Of a DNA stretch of 64,000 nt, positions 27,013 through 40,500 are shown piece after piece (positions within the stretch are counted from its first letter, which is position 1; each line of letters begins with the position of its first letter). Both the position numbers and the translations under genes were made by a program. Origin of the DNA: Antedon mediterranea (lineage: Eukaryota > Animalia > Echinodermata); assembly GCF_964355755.1 (NCBI RefSeq), contig NC_092677.1:828101-892100 (forward strand), in the 5' to 3' direction. The notes beneath the pieces were generated by a model. It ran no database searches and was not told where the DNA came from. It worked only from the letters and a program-made list of their open reading frames with translations.

Positions 27013-28165
27013 CTAGATTTGAACTCGTCACTACGGACGAGTTAGGTTATCCGCAGCGCAAAAGCCACGTGCACGTCATACGTTAGAATATTGAGCGCAA
27101 AAAAATAAACGATTATGGCATTGAAAAATGTTAGTGCGCTCTCTATTTTGCGTCGCGTCTAAGTATATACGGTATAACACTATATACTGTATACGTACTA
27201 CATACAGTGCAGAATAGGTGAAAATAAGTGACCAAAGTTATTGACGCATTTGAACATGATGACGTCATCACAATTTTTAAAATGGTGGATCATGCGAAAG
27301 ATAATTGATTGATCTAGACAATATAAAAAAATTGAGTGAAATGGAATAAGGATAAGTAGAGATGCGCTCTATTAAATTGACGAGCTATGACGAAAGAGAA
27401 AAAAATCCTATATTTTATATTCGGGTGGCCATACGATGATGTCACAATGTCCGGTTAGCCATATCAATGCATGATTCGAGAAAAACAACTCATCTACTTC
27501 CAGAATATGTAATTTTAAAAAAGTTCACCACGTAGTTTAGAATTTATGACTGTTTAAAAAAAGGTCTAATTTTGACGATTTTTTGAAGTTTTTCATTAAA
27601 AATGCGCGCAAATTGTTCAATTCTACGTGCTCGTATGACGTGATATTAAGTCGAAATTGTATAAAAATTGGTAAAATTACTAGAAAAGGCTGAAAAAACA
27701 AAAATCAAGCAAAAAAAGGATGTTTTTGAGCTAAGTGCGCACGTGCGCGTAAAAAAATTGCGCACGCGTGGGAATTTTTGAAATGCTCAAAATGACCTTA
27801 AACGCGTAGAAAGTTGATTAGAAATTGATTTTACGCATTTTGAAATTTTAAACGCGCGTGCGCGCGTAACTTTCTGTGAAACATGCCATTTTCTCTCCAT
27901 AGAAAGTTAGAGCATGAAATAAATTAAACTTTTGCCAAGTTTCAATTAAAATGGTTTATTAGTTTTCAATCTAAATTAAATACGCGAAATTCATAAAATC
28001 GCGCGTAACTTACGCTGCGCAACTCGGACGGTACCGAAAACCTTATTACGACATATTCAGATAGAGATCAATCTTCTGATAAAGTTACAAAATGTTATGT
28101 TGAGAAGATTTAGAGATACACGCGCAACAAAATTCTGGGAAAGAAAGAAGAATAAGAAAGAAAAA
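27013..28165. mobile_element. Non-autonomous Helentron (HINE) A, right end missing
   Basis: Left end CTAGATTTG-AACTCGTC-actacg-GACGAGTT-a-GGTTATCCGC. Body is homologous to 25823-26940. Interrupted in the GAAA/A-rich tract by the next element. Confidence 0.88.
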
Positions 28166-29384
28166 CTAGATTTGAACTCGTCACTACGGACGAGTTAGGT
28201 TATCCGCAGCGCAAAAGCCACGTGCACGTCATACGTTAGAATATTGCGTGCAGAAAAACGATTATGCCACTGAAAAAAATGTTAGTGCGCCCTCTATTTT
28301 GTGTCACGTTTAAGTATATACGGTATACACTATTATACTGTATACGTACTACATACAGTGTAGAATAGGTGAAAATAAGTGACCAAAGTTATTGACGCTT
28401 TTGGACATGATGACGTCATAACAATTTTAAAAATGGTAAATCAATCGAAAGATAATTGATTGACCTAGACAATATATAAAAATGGGGGAAAATGGAATAC
28501 GGATAAGTGGAGATGCGCTCTATTAAATGTGATGAGCAATGACGAAAGAGACAAAAATCCTATCTTTGATATTCGTGTGGCCATACGATGACGTCACAAT
28601 GTCCGGTTAGCCAAATCGATGCATGATTCGATATCTACAACTCATCTACATTCAGAATATGTAATTTTAAAAAAGTTCACCACGTAGTTTAGAATCTATG
28701 ACTGTTTAAAAAAAGGCATAATTTTGACAAATTTTTGAACTTTTTCATAAAAAATGCGCGTAAATTGTTTAATTCTACGTGCTCGTATGACGTGATTTTA
28801 AGTTGAAATTGTTTGAAAGTTGGTAAATTTACTAAAAAAGACAGGAAAAACAAAAATCAAGCAAAAAAATGATGTTTTTGCGCTACGTGCGCACGCGCGC
28901 GTAAAAAATTGCGCACGCGTTGGAATTTTTGAAATGCTCAAAATGACATGAAACGCGTAGAAAGTTGATTAGAAATTGATTTTTCGCATTTTGAAATTTC
29001 AAACGCGCGTGCGCGCGTAACTTTTTGTGAAGCATGCAATTTTTAATCCATAGAAAGTTTGCGCATTATATGACTTAAATTTTCACCAAGTTTCAATACA
29101 AACAAACTTTTAGGTTTTATTCTATGATCAATCATTGAAATTCATAAAATCGCGCGTAACTTACGCTGCGCAACTCGGACACGACTGAAAACCTTATTAC
29201 GACATCTTCAGATAGAGGTCAATCTTCTGATAAAGTTATACAATGTTATGTTAAGAAGATTTAGAGATACACTAGCAACAAAATTTGTGGAAAGAAAGAA
29301 GAAAATAGAAAAAAAAAGAGAAAAAGAAAAATAAAAAAAAGATCCTGACAATAACAAGGGGTTATCCGCCAAGTGCGGATAACC
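28166..29384. mobile_element. Non-autonomous Helentron (HINE) B, complete
   Basis: Both termini present: left CTAG+hairpin+subTIR and right GATCCTGACAATAACAAGGGGTTATCCGCCAAGTGCGGATAACC. Flanked by AA (TT on the minus strand) with no TSD. Confidence 0.92.
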
Positions 29385-29386
29385 AA

Positions 29387-30531
29387 CTAGATTTGAACTC
29401 GTCACTACGGACGAGTTAGGTTATCCGCAGCGCAAAAGCCACGTGCACGTCATACGTTAGAATATTGCGTGCAGAAAAACGATTATGCCACTGAAAAAAA
29501 TGTTAGTGCGCCCTCTATTTTGTGTCACGTTTAAGTATATACGGTATACACTATTATACTGTATACGTACTACATACAGTGTAGAATAGGTGAAAATAAG
29601 TGACCAAAGTTATTGACGCTTTTGGACATGATGACGTCATAACAATTTTAAAAATGGTAAATCAATCGAAAGATAATTGATTGACCTAGACAATATATAA
29701 AAATGGGGGAAAATGGAATACGGATAAGTGGAGATGCGCTCTATTAAATGTGATGAGCAATGACGAAAGAGACAAAAATCCTATCTTTGATATTCGTGTG
29801 GCCATACGATGACGTCACAATGTCCGGTTAGCCAAATCGATGCATGATTCGATATCTACAACTCATCTACATTCAGAATATGTAATTTTAAAAAAGTTCA
29901 CCACGTAGTTTAGAATCTATGACTGTTTAAAAAAAGGCATAATTTTGACAAATTTTTGAACTTTTTCATAAAAAATGCGCGTAAATTGTTTAATTCTACG
30001 TGCTCGTATGACGTGATTTTAAGTTGAAATTGTTTGAAAGTTGGTAAATTTACTAAAAAAGACAGGAAAAACAAAAATCAAGCAAAAAAATGATGTTTTT
30101 GCGCTACGTGCGCACGCGCGCGTAAAAAATTGCGCACGCGTTGGAATTTTTGAAATGCTCAAAATGACATGAAACGCGTAGAAAGTTGATTAGAAATTGA
30201 TTTTTCGCATTTTGAAATTTCAAACGCGCGTGCGCGCGTAACTTTTTGTGAAGCATGCAATTTTTAATCCATAGAAAGTTTGCGCATTATATGACTTAAA
30301 TTTTCACCAAGTTTCAATACAAACAAACTTTTAGGTTTTATTCTATGATCAATCATTGAAATTCATAAAATCGCGCGTAACTTACGCTGCGCAACTCGGA
30401 CACGACTGAAAACCTTATTACGACATCTTCAGATAGAGGTCAATCTTCTGATAAAGTTATACAATGTTATGTTAAGAAGATTTAGAGATACACTAGCAAC
30501 AAAATTTGTGGAAAGAAAGAAGAAAATAGAA
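29387..30531. mobile_element. Non-autonomous Helentron (HINE) C, near-identical to B, right end displaced
   Basis: Matches 28166-29310 almost base for base and breaks at GAAAATAGAA|CTAG. Confidence 0.9.
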
Positions 30532-32456
30532 CTAGATTTGAACTCGTCACTTTGACGAGTTAGTTATCCGCACGACAAACGCCACGCGCACGTCATACGT
30601 TGGAATTTTGCACACGGAAAAAGATTATGGCTGTCATATTATTGATGTTGTGATTCTCTGTGTTTAGAGAAGGATGCTTTAGACCAGGTCCGCCTTATTA
30701 TTAGCCAATCAAAATCGTATAATTTTTAGAGGGAAAATGTTATCCTCCTTTGAAGCCTAAAATTTGCATATCCAGTATAAAAGTAGAATGTAATAGATAT
30801 TAGAGGAGAAGAGAGAATAAGATCAGAGTAGATAAACGGAAAGATGATAAAGAAAATAAGGCTTGACTGGTACAGTGGTAGAAAGATGTATTAATCGAGT
30901 TACAAGGAATAAAAGTTCTAGTTGAGTTAAATATACTTTTTGTATGAGTTATCATTCAGTGACAGTGTACGTCGCGTGGAGTTATATATATACGCCTGAG
31001 AAAGCTCGGAACCAACTAAAATAAATTCACTACAATGGCATTATGACCTGAATTTAAGAATATTATATGCTGTTAGTGCTGAATTCTGTCAATTTTGTGT
31101 CATATAGTATATACAGTGCAAACGGTATAATCTGTATACATGTTACATACAGTGTAGAATAGGTGAAATTACGGGACCCCCGTTTATTCCTATTTTTAAC
31201 ATGGCGACGGTATCAAAATGAAACACTAAGATAGCAATTTGAGAAGGAAATTATTTCAGTAACAACATATTAACGTGCAGAAGAAATTTGAATACGTGAA
31301 ATATTGATGCTTGCTCTTTTAAATGTAATGAATTATGACGCAAAAGATGAAAATACAAGTTTTTTTATTTAACTGGCCATATGATGACGTCACAACATCC
31401 GATTTGCAACATTTTCTCATGATTTCGTATCTACAATCCAATAGCTTCCAGAAAACGTTTTAATCGTGATTATCACATTTTATTTGTACGAGCTATAACA
31501 GATTAACATTTACTGTAAAGATGAAATTAATGGCACACGTAATTTAAATGTTTAGGCATGATGACGTCATACAAATTAAAATATTTTTAACTCATGCGAA
31601 GGATAGTTGATTGACCTAGACAATATCGAAATCGGGGTGAAAATGGAAAACGGATAAGTGGAGATGCGCTCTATTAAATGTGATGCGCTATGACAAAAGA
31701 GACAAAATCCCTATATTTTATATTCGAGTGGCCATACGATGACGTCACATAGTCCAGTTAGCCATATTAATGCATGATCCGATATCTGCAACTCATCAAC
31801 TTCCAGAATATGTAATAACAATAATTTTCACCGTTTAGTTGAGAAGCTACGACGGTTTAAAAAAATGCATCATTTTGACGAATTTTTGAACTTTTTCATA
31901 AAAAACGCGCGCAAATTATCCAATTCGACGTGCTCGTATGACGTAATTTTAAGCCGAAATTGTTTAAAAGTTGGTAAAAGTACTGAAAAAGGCTGGAAAA
32001 ACATAAATCATGCGGAAAAAGTATGTTATCAACGCTACGTGCGCACCGCGCGCGTAAAAAATTGCGCGCGCGTGGTAATTTTTGACATGCTCAAAATTAC
32101 ATGAAACGCGTAGAAAGTTGATTAGAAATTATTTTTTCGCATTTTAAAATTTTAAACGCACGTGCGCGCGTAACTTTGTGTAAAACATGTCATTTTTAGT
32201 GCACAAAAAGTTAGCGCAAGATATAAATTAAACTTTTGCTGAGTTTCAATTTAAATTGTTATATGGTTTTCGATCTATGTTAAATAGGCGAAATTCATAA
32301 AATCGCGCGTAAGTCACGTTGCGCATTTCTGACGTCATTCACAAAAGTGGCTGCACGACTTCACGTAAATGCGCACATGTTGACAAAGTTATAAAATGTT
32401 AGCTTTACACGTTTTAGAGATAAGCTCTGCACAAAAATGACAGAAAGAAAGAAGAA
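30532..32456. mobile_element. Longer divergent non-autonomous Helentron D (~1.9 kb), right end missing
   Basis: Variant left end CTAGATTTGAACTCGTC-acttt-GACGAGTT-AGTTATCCGC. 31560-32456 is homologous to the HINE body; the front part carries extra sequence. Confidence 0.8.
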
Positions 32457-33173
32457 CTAGATTTGAACTCGTCACTGCGGACGAGTTAGGTTATCCGCGA
32501 AAACGCAACGTCTAATATACACGTATAATACATAGGTCTGACGTGAAAACTAATTTTCGTTATTCGTTACATATTGGTAATTTTGGCGAGGATTGCATGC
32601 CATACTGTAGGTGAACTGAATTTCGAGAAAATTCAACAACTAAACGTGTTGTGTTGTGGTATGTCGTTGGTAAACTCCATGTTGGATTTTAAGAGTCGTT
32701 CTCTGATAATACTGTTACAAATACCATTTTATGTCGTCGAACTTCAACGATTAAATAAATAAATAACAAACTCAAGTTTGTTTAGAATTGATATACTATA
32801 AGAAATAGGTAAGAAATTATGTGGATTGTTTGATTTGTAGTTGTTTTGTAATTGCTACTTACTAACGTAACCCTAGCCTACTATAGATATAGAGTAGAGG
32901 CCTGCTGTGTTTGTATACACCGTACGGAAGAAGGATGTCTGTAGTTTCAGAGATGGCAAACGTCGTGACGTTTTTCAGCCCGATGGCTTTCGTAGCAGCA
33001 CGACATTCGTGTATGGCCATGTATGTGTATGTTAAATACGGTCCCGGTAAATATACGAACAAATATGTCTGGTACACAGTGTACCTAGGCCTAGCCTGTA
33101 CAAGAGCACTTGTTGTTTTTAGTAGGACTAAACGGCGCTAGTTCCCTTTTTGCACATGGGATGGCTTATATAT

Positions 33174-33947
33174 TACGCCGTGGCTAAAGATACGGTACCG
33201 TATTCTAACTTCTGTTTACTAAAGGTACGGTAAAATTGCATTACGTCATAACCAGCCAATGGGGTGCTGGTACGTGTGTGACGTCATCGTATAAGGACTT
33301 TGGATTTTTTTTTCATATCGCGAAAACAGTATCAACCGCATTTTTTGTTTATGGTTCATTTATCGCTATTATCGCCGTCGTGTGTGACAAAAACTAAATG
33401 TAGCCTACGTCTGTTATTATTATTAAAAAGCCAAAACATGTTGATTCTAATTCTAGAATACAGAAAACCGTTTCAAAAGAGGCCTAGGCCTACTTACTAC
33501 GTACTATAACCTCATTATATGAGTTTGTTTGTGTGTAGGGAAAGCGATGCCAGGCTGGGGCCAGCTGCATGTGTGCGCTGATGATTGACTCAGCCCTGGG
33601 GCTACTGTCTTAAAATCATAGTATTTGAGGGCCCCTTTATTGTCCGCATTTGCTTGTTGTTTATGGTCACCATATTGTAAACAAAGTTTAATAAAAAACA
33701 TAGACCTAAAGGCCATTTGGAATAAAAATAAAACCCTCATCAGCGCACACACATCCATGCAGCCTGGCGCCGCCGGCGACAGGAATTCTCTACATACAAA
33801 AACAGACGCGATATGAAAAAAAATCCTTATATGATGACGTCACACACGTACCAGAACCCCATTGGCTGATTATGACGTAATGCAATTTTACCGTACCTTT
33901 AGTAAACAGAAGTTAGAATACGGTACCGTATCTTTAGCCACAGCGTA
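33174..33947. mobile_element. MITE with ~140-bp TIRs inserted in the copy-2 leader
   Basis: TACGCCGTGGCTAAAGATACGGTACCG... is inverted at ...CGGTACCGTATCTTTAGCCACAGCGTA. It is absent at the equivalent sites of copy 3 (~55170) and copy 1 (~7650). TA-rich target, so the TSD is either TA or TATAT. Confidence 0.92.
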
Positions 33948-34289
33948 TATATTAACTCTAGCTTAATTTTTAGTTGTATAAATTCTTAAAGAGAAGAAAC
34001 AATGATTCGTGCTTCTTACAATAGCATGTTGTCTATAGGCTTACGCTAGTCCAGTAGTCCTAGTAGTAGTGTAGGTCAGCGCAGTTCCCTTTCGCACCTG
34101 TCATTGTTACAAATATTGTGGCTGTGATCACAATTTGTATTGATATTTATAATAATAATATATTTTTGTCTTGTAGCTGTTGGAAGAGATACACAATTGT
34201 CTCTACTTTAGTATCTCTAGAATATCGTAAGTAGTGTATATAAAATAAATAGTTTGTAGAGATGATTAATGGTTTCATGATAGGGAGTG

Positions 34290-36005
34290 AACTGTTGACA
34301 GTTATTTTGTAGGCATTTTCTATTATGAAACATTTACATAATTCAGATTTTATTGTTGGTGAATAAAATAAAATGAAATTAGCATTGAGACAACATGTAG
34401 GCCCCAATCAGCCGTTTCATACCCAAAGTCATTTTGAGGAAATTTCTTCATTTTTCAGTCATTGATTAAGAAGCATGTTGATTTGGAAAAAGTGTTAATG
34501 TTGTTTATTACCATTATTAATGTTTTTCCTTGTTTTTTTTAAGATTGTAGAAAATATAGTGTCAGCTACAGCTGTGTGAGTATTAGTAAATTATCTGTTA
34601 ACAAAGGGAAAACATATTTTCCTTACTTTGTGAACTGTTGCCTGTTATTTTGTAGGCATTTTCTATTATGAAACATTTACATAATTCAGATTTTATTTTT
34701 TGTGAATAAAATATTAAATGAAATTAGCATTGAGACAACATGTAGGCCCTAACCAGCCGTCTTATACCCAACGTCATTTTGAGGAAATTTCTTAATTTTT
34801 CAGACCTCGATTAAGAAGCATGTTGATTTGGAAAAAGTGTTAATGTTGTTTATTACCATTATTAATGTTTTTCCTTGTTTTTTTTAAGATTGTAGAAAAT
34901 ATAGTATCAGCTACAGCTGTGTGAGTATTAGTAGATTATCTGTTAACAAAGGAAAAACATATTTTCCTTACTTTGTGAACTGTTGCCTGTTATTTTGTAG
35001 GCATTTTCTATTATGAAACATTTACATAATTCAGATTTTATTTTTTGTGAATAAAATATTAAATAAAATTAGCATTGAGACAACATGTAGGCCCTAACCA
35101 GCCGTCTCATACCCAAAGTCTATTTGAGAAATTTCTTAATTTTTCAGACATTGATTAAGAAGCATGTTGATTTGGAAAAAGTGTTAATGTTGTTTATTGT
35201 CAATTATTAATGTTTTTCCTTGTTTTTTTTTTAGATTGATAGAACATATACAGTGTCAGCTACAGCTGTGAGTATTAGTAGATTATCTGTTAAACGGATA
35301 AAACTTATTTTCTTTACTTTGTGCCTGTTATTTTGTAGGCATTTTCTATTATGAAACATTTACATAATTCAGATTTTATGGTTTGTGAATAAAATATTAA
35401 ATGAAATTAGCATTGAGACAACATGTAGGCCCTAATCAGCTGTCTCATACCCAAAGTCATTTTGAGGAAATTTCTTAATTTTTCAGACATTGATTAAGAA
35501 ACTTGTTGATTTTAAAAAAGTGTTAATGTTGTTTATTGTCGTTAATAATGTTTTTCCTTGTTTTTTTTAGATTGTAGAAAATATACAGTGTCAGCTACAG
35601 CTGTGAGTATTAGTAGATTATCTGTTAAACGGAGAAAACATATTTTCCTTACTTTGTGAACTGTTGCCTGTTATTTTGTAGGCATTTTCTATTATGAAAC
35701 ATTTACATAATTCTATTCTAATTTTATTGTTTGTGAATAAGATATTAAATGAAATTAGTATTGAGAAAACATGTAGACCCCAATCAACCGGCCCATACCT
35801 AAAGTCATTTTGAGGAAATTTCTTAATTTTTAGATTAAGAAGCATGTTGATTTTGAAAAAGTGTTAATGTTGTTTATTGCCATTATTAATGATTTTCCTT
35901 TTATTTTTTAGATTGTAGTTGTACAGAAAATATACAGTGTCAGTTACAGCTGTGAGTATTAGAAAATTATCTGTAAAACGGAAAAAACAGATTTTCCTTA
36001 CTTGA
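34290..36005 (+). repeat. ~343-bp micro-exon array (copy 2), 5 cores
   Basis: Cores at about 34563, 34910, 35260, 35594 and 35943. Confidence 0.93.
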
Positions 36006-36140
36006 TGCCCTCCCTTAATTGATAAACATGTGTTGTCTGTAAATTTACAATACTGAGTGACCAAATATTTTTGTGTATAAAATTCTATTATATTAAAACA
36101 TTGAATAATTAAACCTATTTTCAGATTATATGTTTATACT

Positions 36141-36229
36141 AGGCCTTTATTTAATATAAAGGCCTAGTATGTATGTGTTGAAATGAAATAAAAAAAAAAA
36201 AAGAAAAAAAAAAGGCCTTTATTTAATAT
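36141..36229 (+). mobile_element. Tiny poly(A)-tailed insertion between 17-bp direct repeats
   Basis: AGGCCTTTATTTAATAT at 36141 and 36213 flanks ~55 nt ending in AATAAA and an A-tract. Confidence 0.5.
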
Positions 36230-37566
36230 TACAATATAAAAATGTATGTGAATTGTCATTTTATACAAGTATTTGATTAAAAGCAAAAAAAATACAAGTT
36301 GATTTTGCAGGAAGTTGAAAAATTGTGAAGGTGAAAGAATTTGTTTCCGACATATTCCATATAATGAATTTTTGACATATTTTTAGGTCACAATATCTTC
36401 TACAGTGATTTAGTTATATTGTATAAACCAAAGTCATAAATATATTATCACAATTTACTTAACAATTTAGGACAATCATCCTTTTTAACATAAATGTGGT
36501 GGTCAGTTTCTCCAGGCATATACTTACAATTTATAAAATGGGTCTATCCTGAATTTAGTAGTGAGTTGGTCCTAATTTGGTTTGCTAGGCTCAATAGATC
36601 ATGTTACATTCCACAAAGGGGATGTGTATAATATTATTTAGCTATTTGTAAATACACTGATCTATTTACTGATTCAATATATAATTCTTCGACTGGAATT
36701 CTTAGTACAGTGTATCTTAAAATCAATAACTAACTCTTTTTTTTTTCTTTTATTGTAGGTGACTGTCTTGTATAAACCCACTGGATCTCAGAAGAGATCT
36801 GGGTCTTTAGAAAAAGATCCTTCTCTCCGAAGAGAGAATCTACGAGGGGTTACCGAATTTGAAAATCTATGTTCAATTATCTGTAACCATTATGCACAAT
36901 TATCTGTAACCATTTTGTAAAACATCTTGTAAAACCTTGAAGATAAACCGAAGTTTATTTCAAGATCATTTTTGCAAACATTCACTGAAACATTGAAGAT
37001 AAACCGAAGTTTATTTCAAAACCTTTTTTGCAGAAAGTTCGAAGAATAAAACAGAAGCTTATTACAAAGAAACAAATATTAAACATAGTTTATTACAAAA
37101 GGATAAATTAAAGAAGATTTAAAGATCACTTTTATTTGAATCTGTTATTAAGTAGAATTGTAAAAAGAATAAAAATTACAATCTGAAACTATTTAGCATA
37201 ACCAAGTATTACAGAGAAGTTTAAATTAATATAAAGTATTTCATCAAGCCAATATTAAATAGAAGCTAATTTTTTTATTCAGTGAAATTGTATAATCGAA
37301 TTATTGAAAAAAAGCAGACAAAAAAAAATATTGACAAAGAGAAAAGAAATTAGGACAAAAGTTAAAAATCATAGAAACAAAAGACAACATAAAATTGAAT
37401 TGTTTTTGGAATTTTAATAATTTATTTTGTTTTAGCAAGGATTTCTTGAATTGATAAAAAGAACCTAATTGTAATATTCATTGGATTTGCAGAATACATT
37501 TTAATTTAATTTGTAAACAAAGTTTATTAATTTGAAGAAACTTGTTTCTTATACAAATTTTGAATA

Positions 37567-40500
37567 ATGGATATGGAATTCATAGCAGTAGTTGGTATCT
37601 TTTTGTTGATTATCTTTACAATGATAATTTATTTGTGTAAGAATGTGAATAAAGAAGTTACAAGTAAAAAGCAGATTTTTGTCAATACAACTGGTAATGT
37701 TAATAATGGAGTTATGGATAAGACAGCAGAATTTAAAATAGTTGTTAATGACATCTTGGACCTACTTGATGAATGCTGTTCAACTGAGAATGTCAAAGAC
37801 GACAGAAATGATGATACAGGTAATGTCAATTGTGAATTTATGAAAGATACAACTGAATTTAAAGGAATAATTGATGATATCATAAACATATTATCTTATG
37901 GTACAGAGGTCACTTCAGAGTTTAATGATACATGCGATTTCTGTAATATTGAAGTGAAAGTAGACGACAATTGCATAACATGTGACCGTTGTAGTCAATA
38001 TTTTCATGTGAAATGTGTAAGAGATGTTTTTGAAGACAAACTATGTAATTCCAGGGTAATTTGGATTTGTTCAATGTGTGGGAATAGTAATTTTGTTGAT
38101 AACATGTTGGGTGAAATAGGTATTCCCTGTCATTTCAATAGATATACGATTTTAGAACCTGATGAATCTGTCACTGCAGACTTTACAGAATTAACGAAAA
38201 ATAAAGAAAAACGTTGTAATAATGCCAAATTAAAATGTCAACAAAGAGGAAGTGAAGATTTACTTGGTAGTGATTGGATGAGGGTAAGATCAAAGAAAAG
38301 AAACGACAACAGAAAAAAAAGATGTAAAAATAGAGGAAATAAGAAAAGGAGAAAGCGGGTTATAAATGGTATAAGTATAGAACCAGGTGTAAAATATATT
38401 GGTAAAGGTGTAAAAGATTTCTATGAAAGACGAAATAATAACAAAATGGAATGGAATACGAATACTTGCAGAGAATACAACAAAGAAAATGGTAAAACGA
38501 ATGTATTGGGAAATTCACAAACAATAATTGACGACAGTGGTAGGCCTATGTGTGATGTTTTGAAAAATACAAAAGTAACACACGGTATACAACAACAATC
38601 AGGTGGTGGTTCGAAACGTTTACGAAATAACAAGGGTCGTTTTGTCAAAACTAAGAAGATTGATAACAAAAAAGCACAAGGTAATGTGGACCTGAATTTA
38701 AAGAATGATTGCGATACTATGGAACGGTTTGGCAAAGATATAAAGAACATGGGTAATAATGACAATTCTGAAACGAAAACTGACGAGGATTTTAAAATGA
38801 AATGTACTGTAGAAAACGACAACACAGCGACTGACGATGCGAAAGCACAAAATAATAGCAAAATGAATGACAGAAGTAGAATAATTGATAGTAATGTTAC
38901 AGATCATAAAAATCAATGTGCAAGTTGTGAATTTGAGGAAAATGAAGTATTGATAATTGATGACGGATGCAAAAAAGAAGTGGCTGAAAAAATTAGGTCC
39001 CATACTAAACCTAAATGTGACCAACATACTATCGATGTGGATATTGAAGTTTTAACAACAATTAATTTTTCGGAAGAATTGATAATCGATGATGTACCAA
39101 AACAACAAAATACACGAAAAAGGCAGAAAATACAATCAATAAATGAATTACAAGTATATAATAGTAATGAGAATATAACTGTAGCACAGGGTAATTTTAA
39201 TCAAGGGAATTATAGATTTGGCTTTGCAAGTGGTAAACAGTGTGTTGCAAATAGTCTTGTAGCTATTCTTTATTCTACAAAGAGGAATGGAAATGAATTT
39301 TACACCAAAGACCTTGATACAATATTGACTCTTGGAAACGAGTTGTACCGTTACATTCAGAAAGATTCCACTATGCACGAGGACCTTTTAATGATTTCTG
39401 AACTGCCGAAAGAATTGGATATCTTGGATAACACATTTGTAATATCTCCCAAAGAATCAGTTTTTGGCATAATAGATGGGAATCTCGAATTTATGGCTGA
39501 ATATGGAGCCTTGTCATTAAACCAAGCACTTGAACAAGAATTACACCAACATGATGCATTTTTTATGAATTTTAACAGAAGCACATTTTCTATTATTAAA
39601 CGTGTAAATGGTTTCCTTATATTTGATCCACATGCAAGAGATCGATTTGGTTGTGTTAGTGAGCATGGAAAGAGTATTTTACTTTACAGTACATCTTGGC
39701 AAGGTGTTTACGACTATTGTATAAGATTAGCAAGGTCAATGAACTGTAATTTACATGACACCGAGTTTGAACTGACTGGTGTAAATATTGAAAATAAGTC
39801 TATGATTTTATGTTCCGCTTCTGTGCTTGATGATAATTGTGAACAAAGCAACTTGGGAAATGCCGATGTTGATGAACCTAGTACGTCTTATCAGTATAAA
39901 TGTAGTACAAGATTACCAGAAAAGAATATTGATTCTAATGTTAAAGGCCAAAAACATAATAAAGAAGGTCATGTCTCATCAAGTAATGGATGGCAAAGTG
40001 ATAGTGATATTGAAATCGTTAATGTTCAGTATGGAGAAAGACCTGACAAGAATTTTAAATTTATTCCGATCTCAGAAGCACAAAAGAAAAACATGTGTAA
40101 TGAAGTAGGCATTCATTGTGAATATACCGATATGAATTGTGGTATTAACAGAGCTAGTCAGATTGGACATCCTCTTCAAATTACGAATATTACAGGTGAT
40201 GGTAATTGTTTTTATCGTGCAATTTCATACATTATTTCTGGTACTGAAGATAATCATTTTCTTTTAAGAAGAGCAATTACTAATCATTTATTGGAGACTG
40301 GTGACTTGTTTATTAATACATTTAGTCACGAATATAGATCAGTTAAGGAATATGTGTTTGAAAAAAGAGTAATGGATAATGGAACGTGGGCATCCAATAC
40401 TGAAATAAGTGCAATGGCAAACTTGCTTAATACAGATATTTATTCATTTAATGATCAACTTTTGACGTGGCAATTGTTTTCTGCTAAAAAGCCGGGAAGA

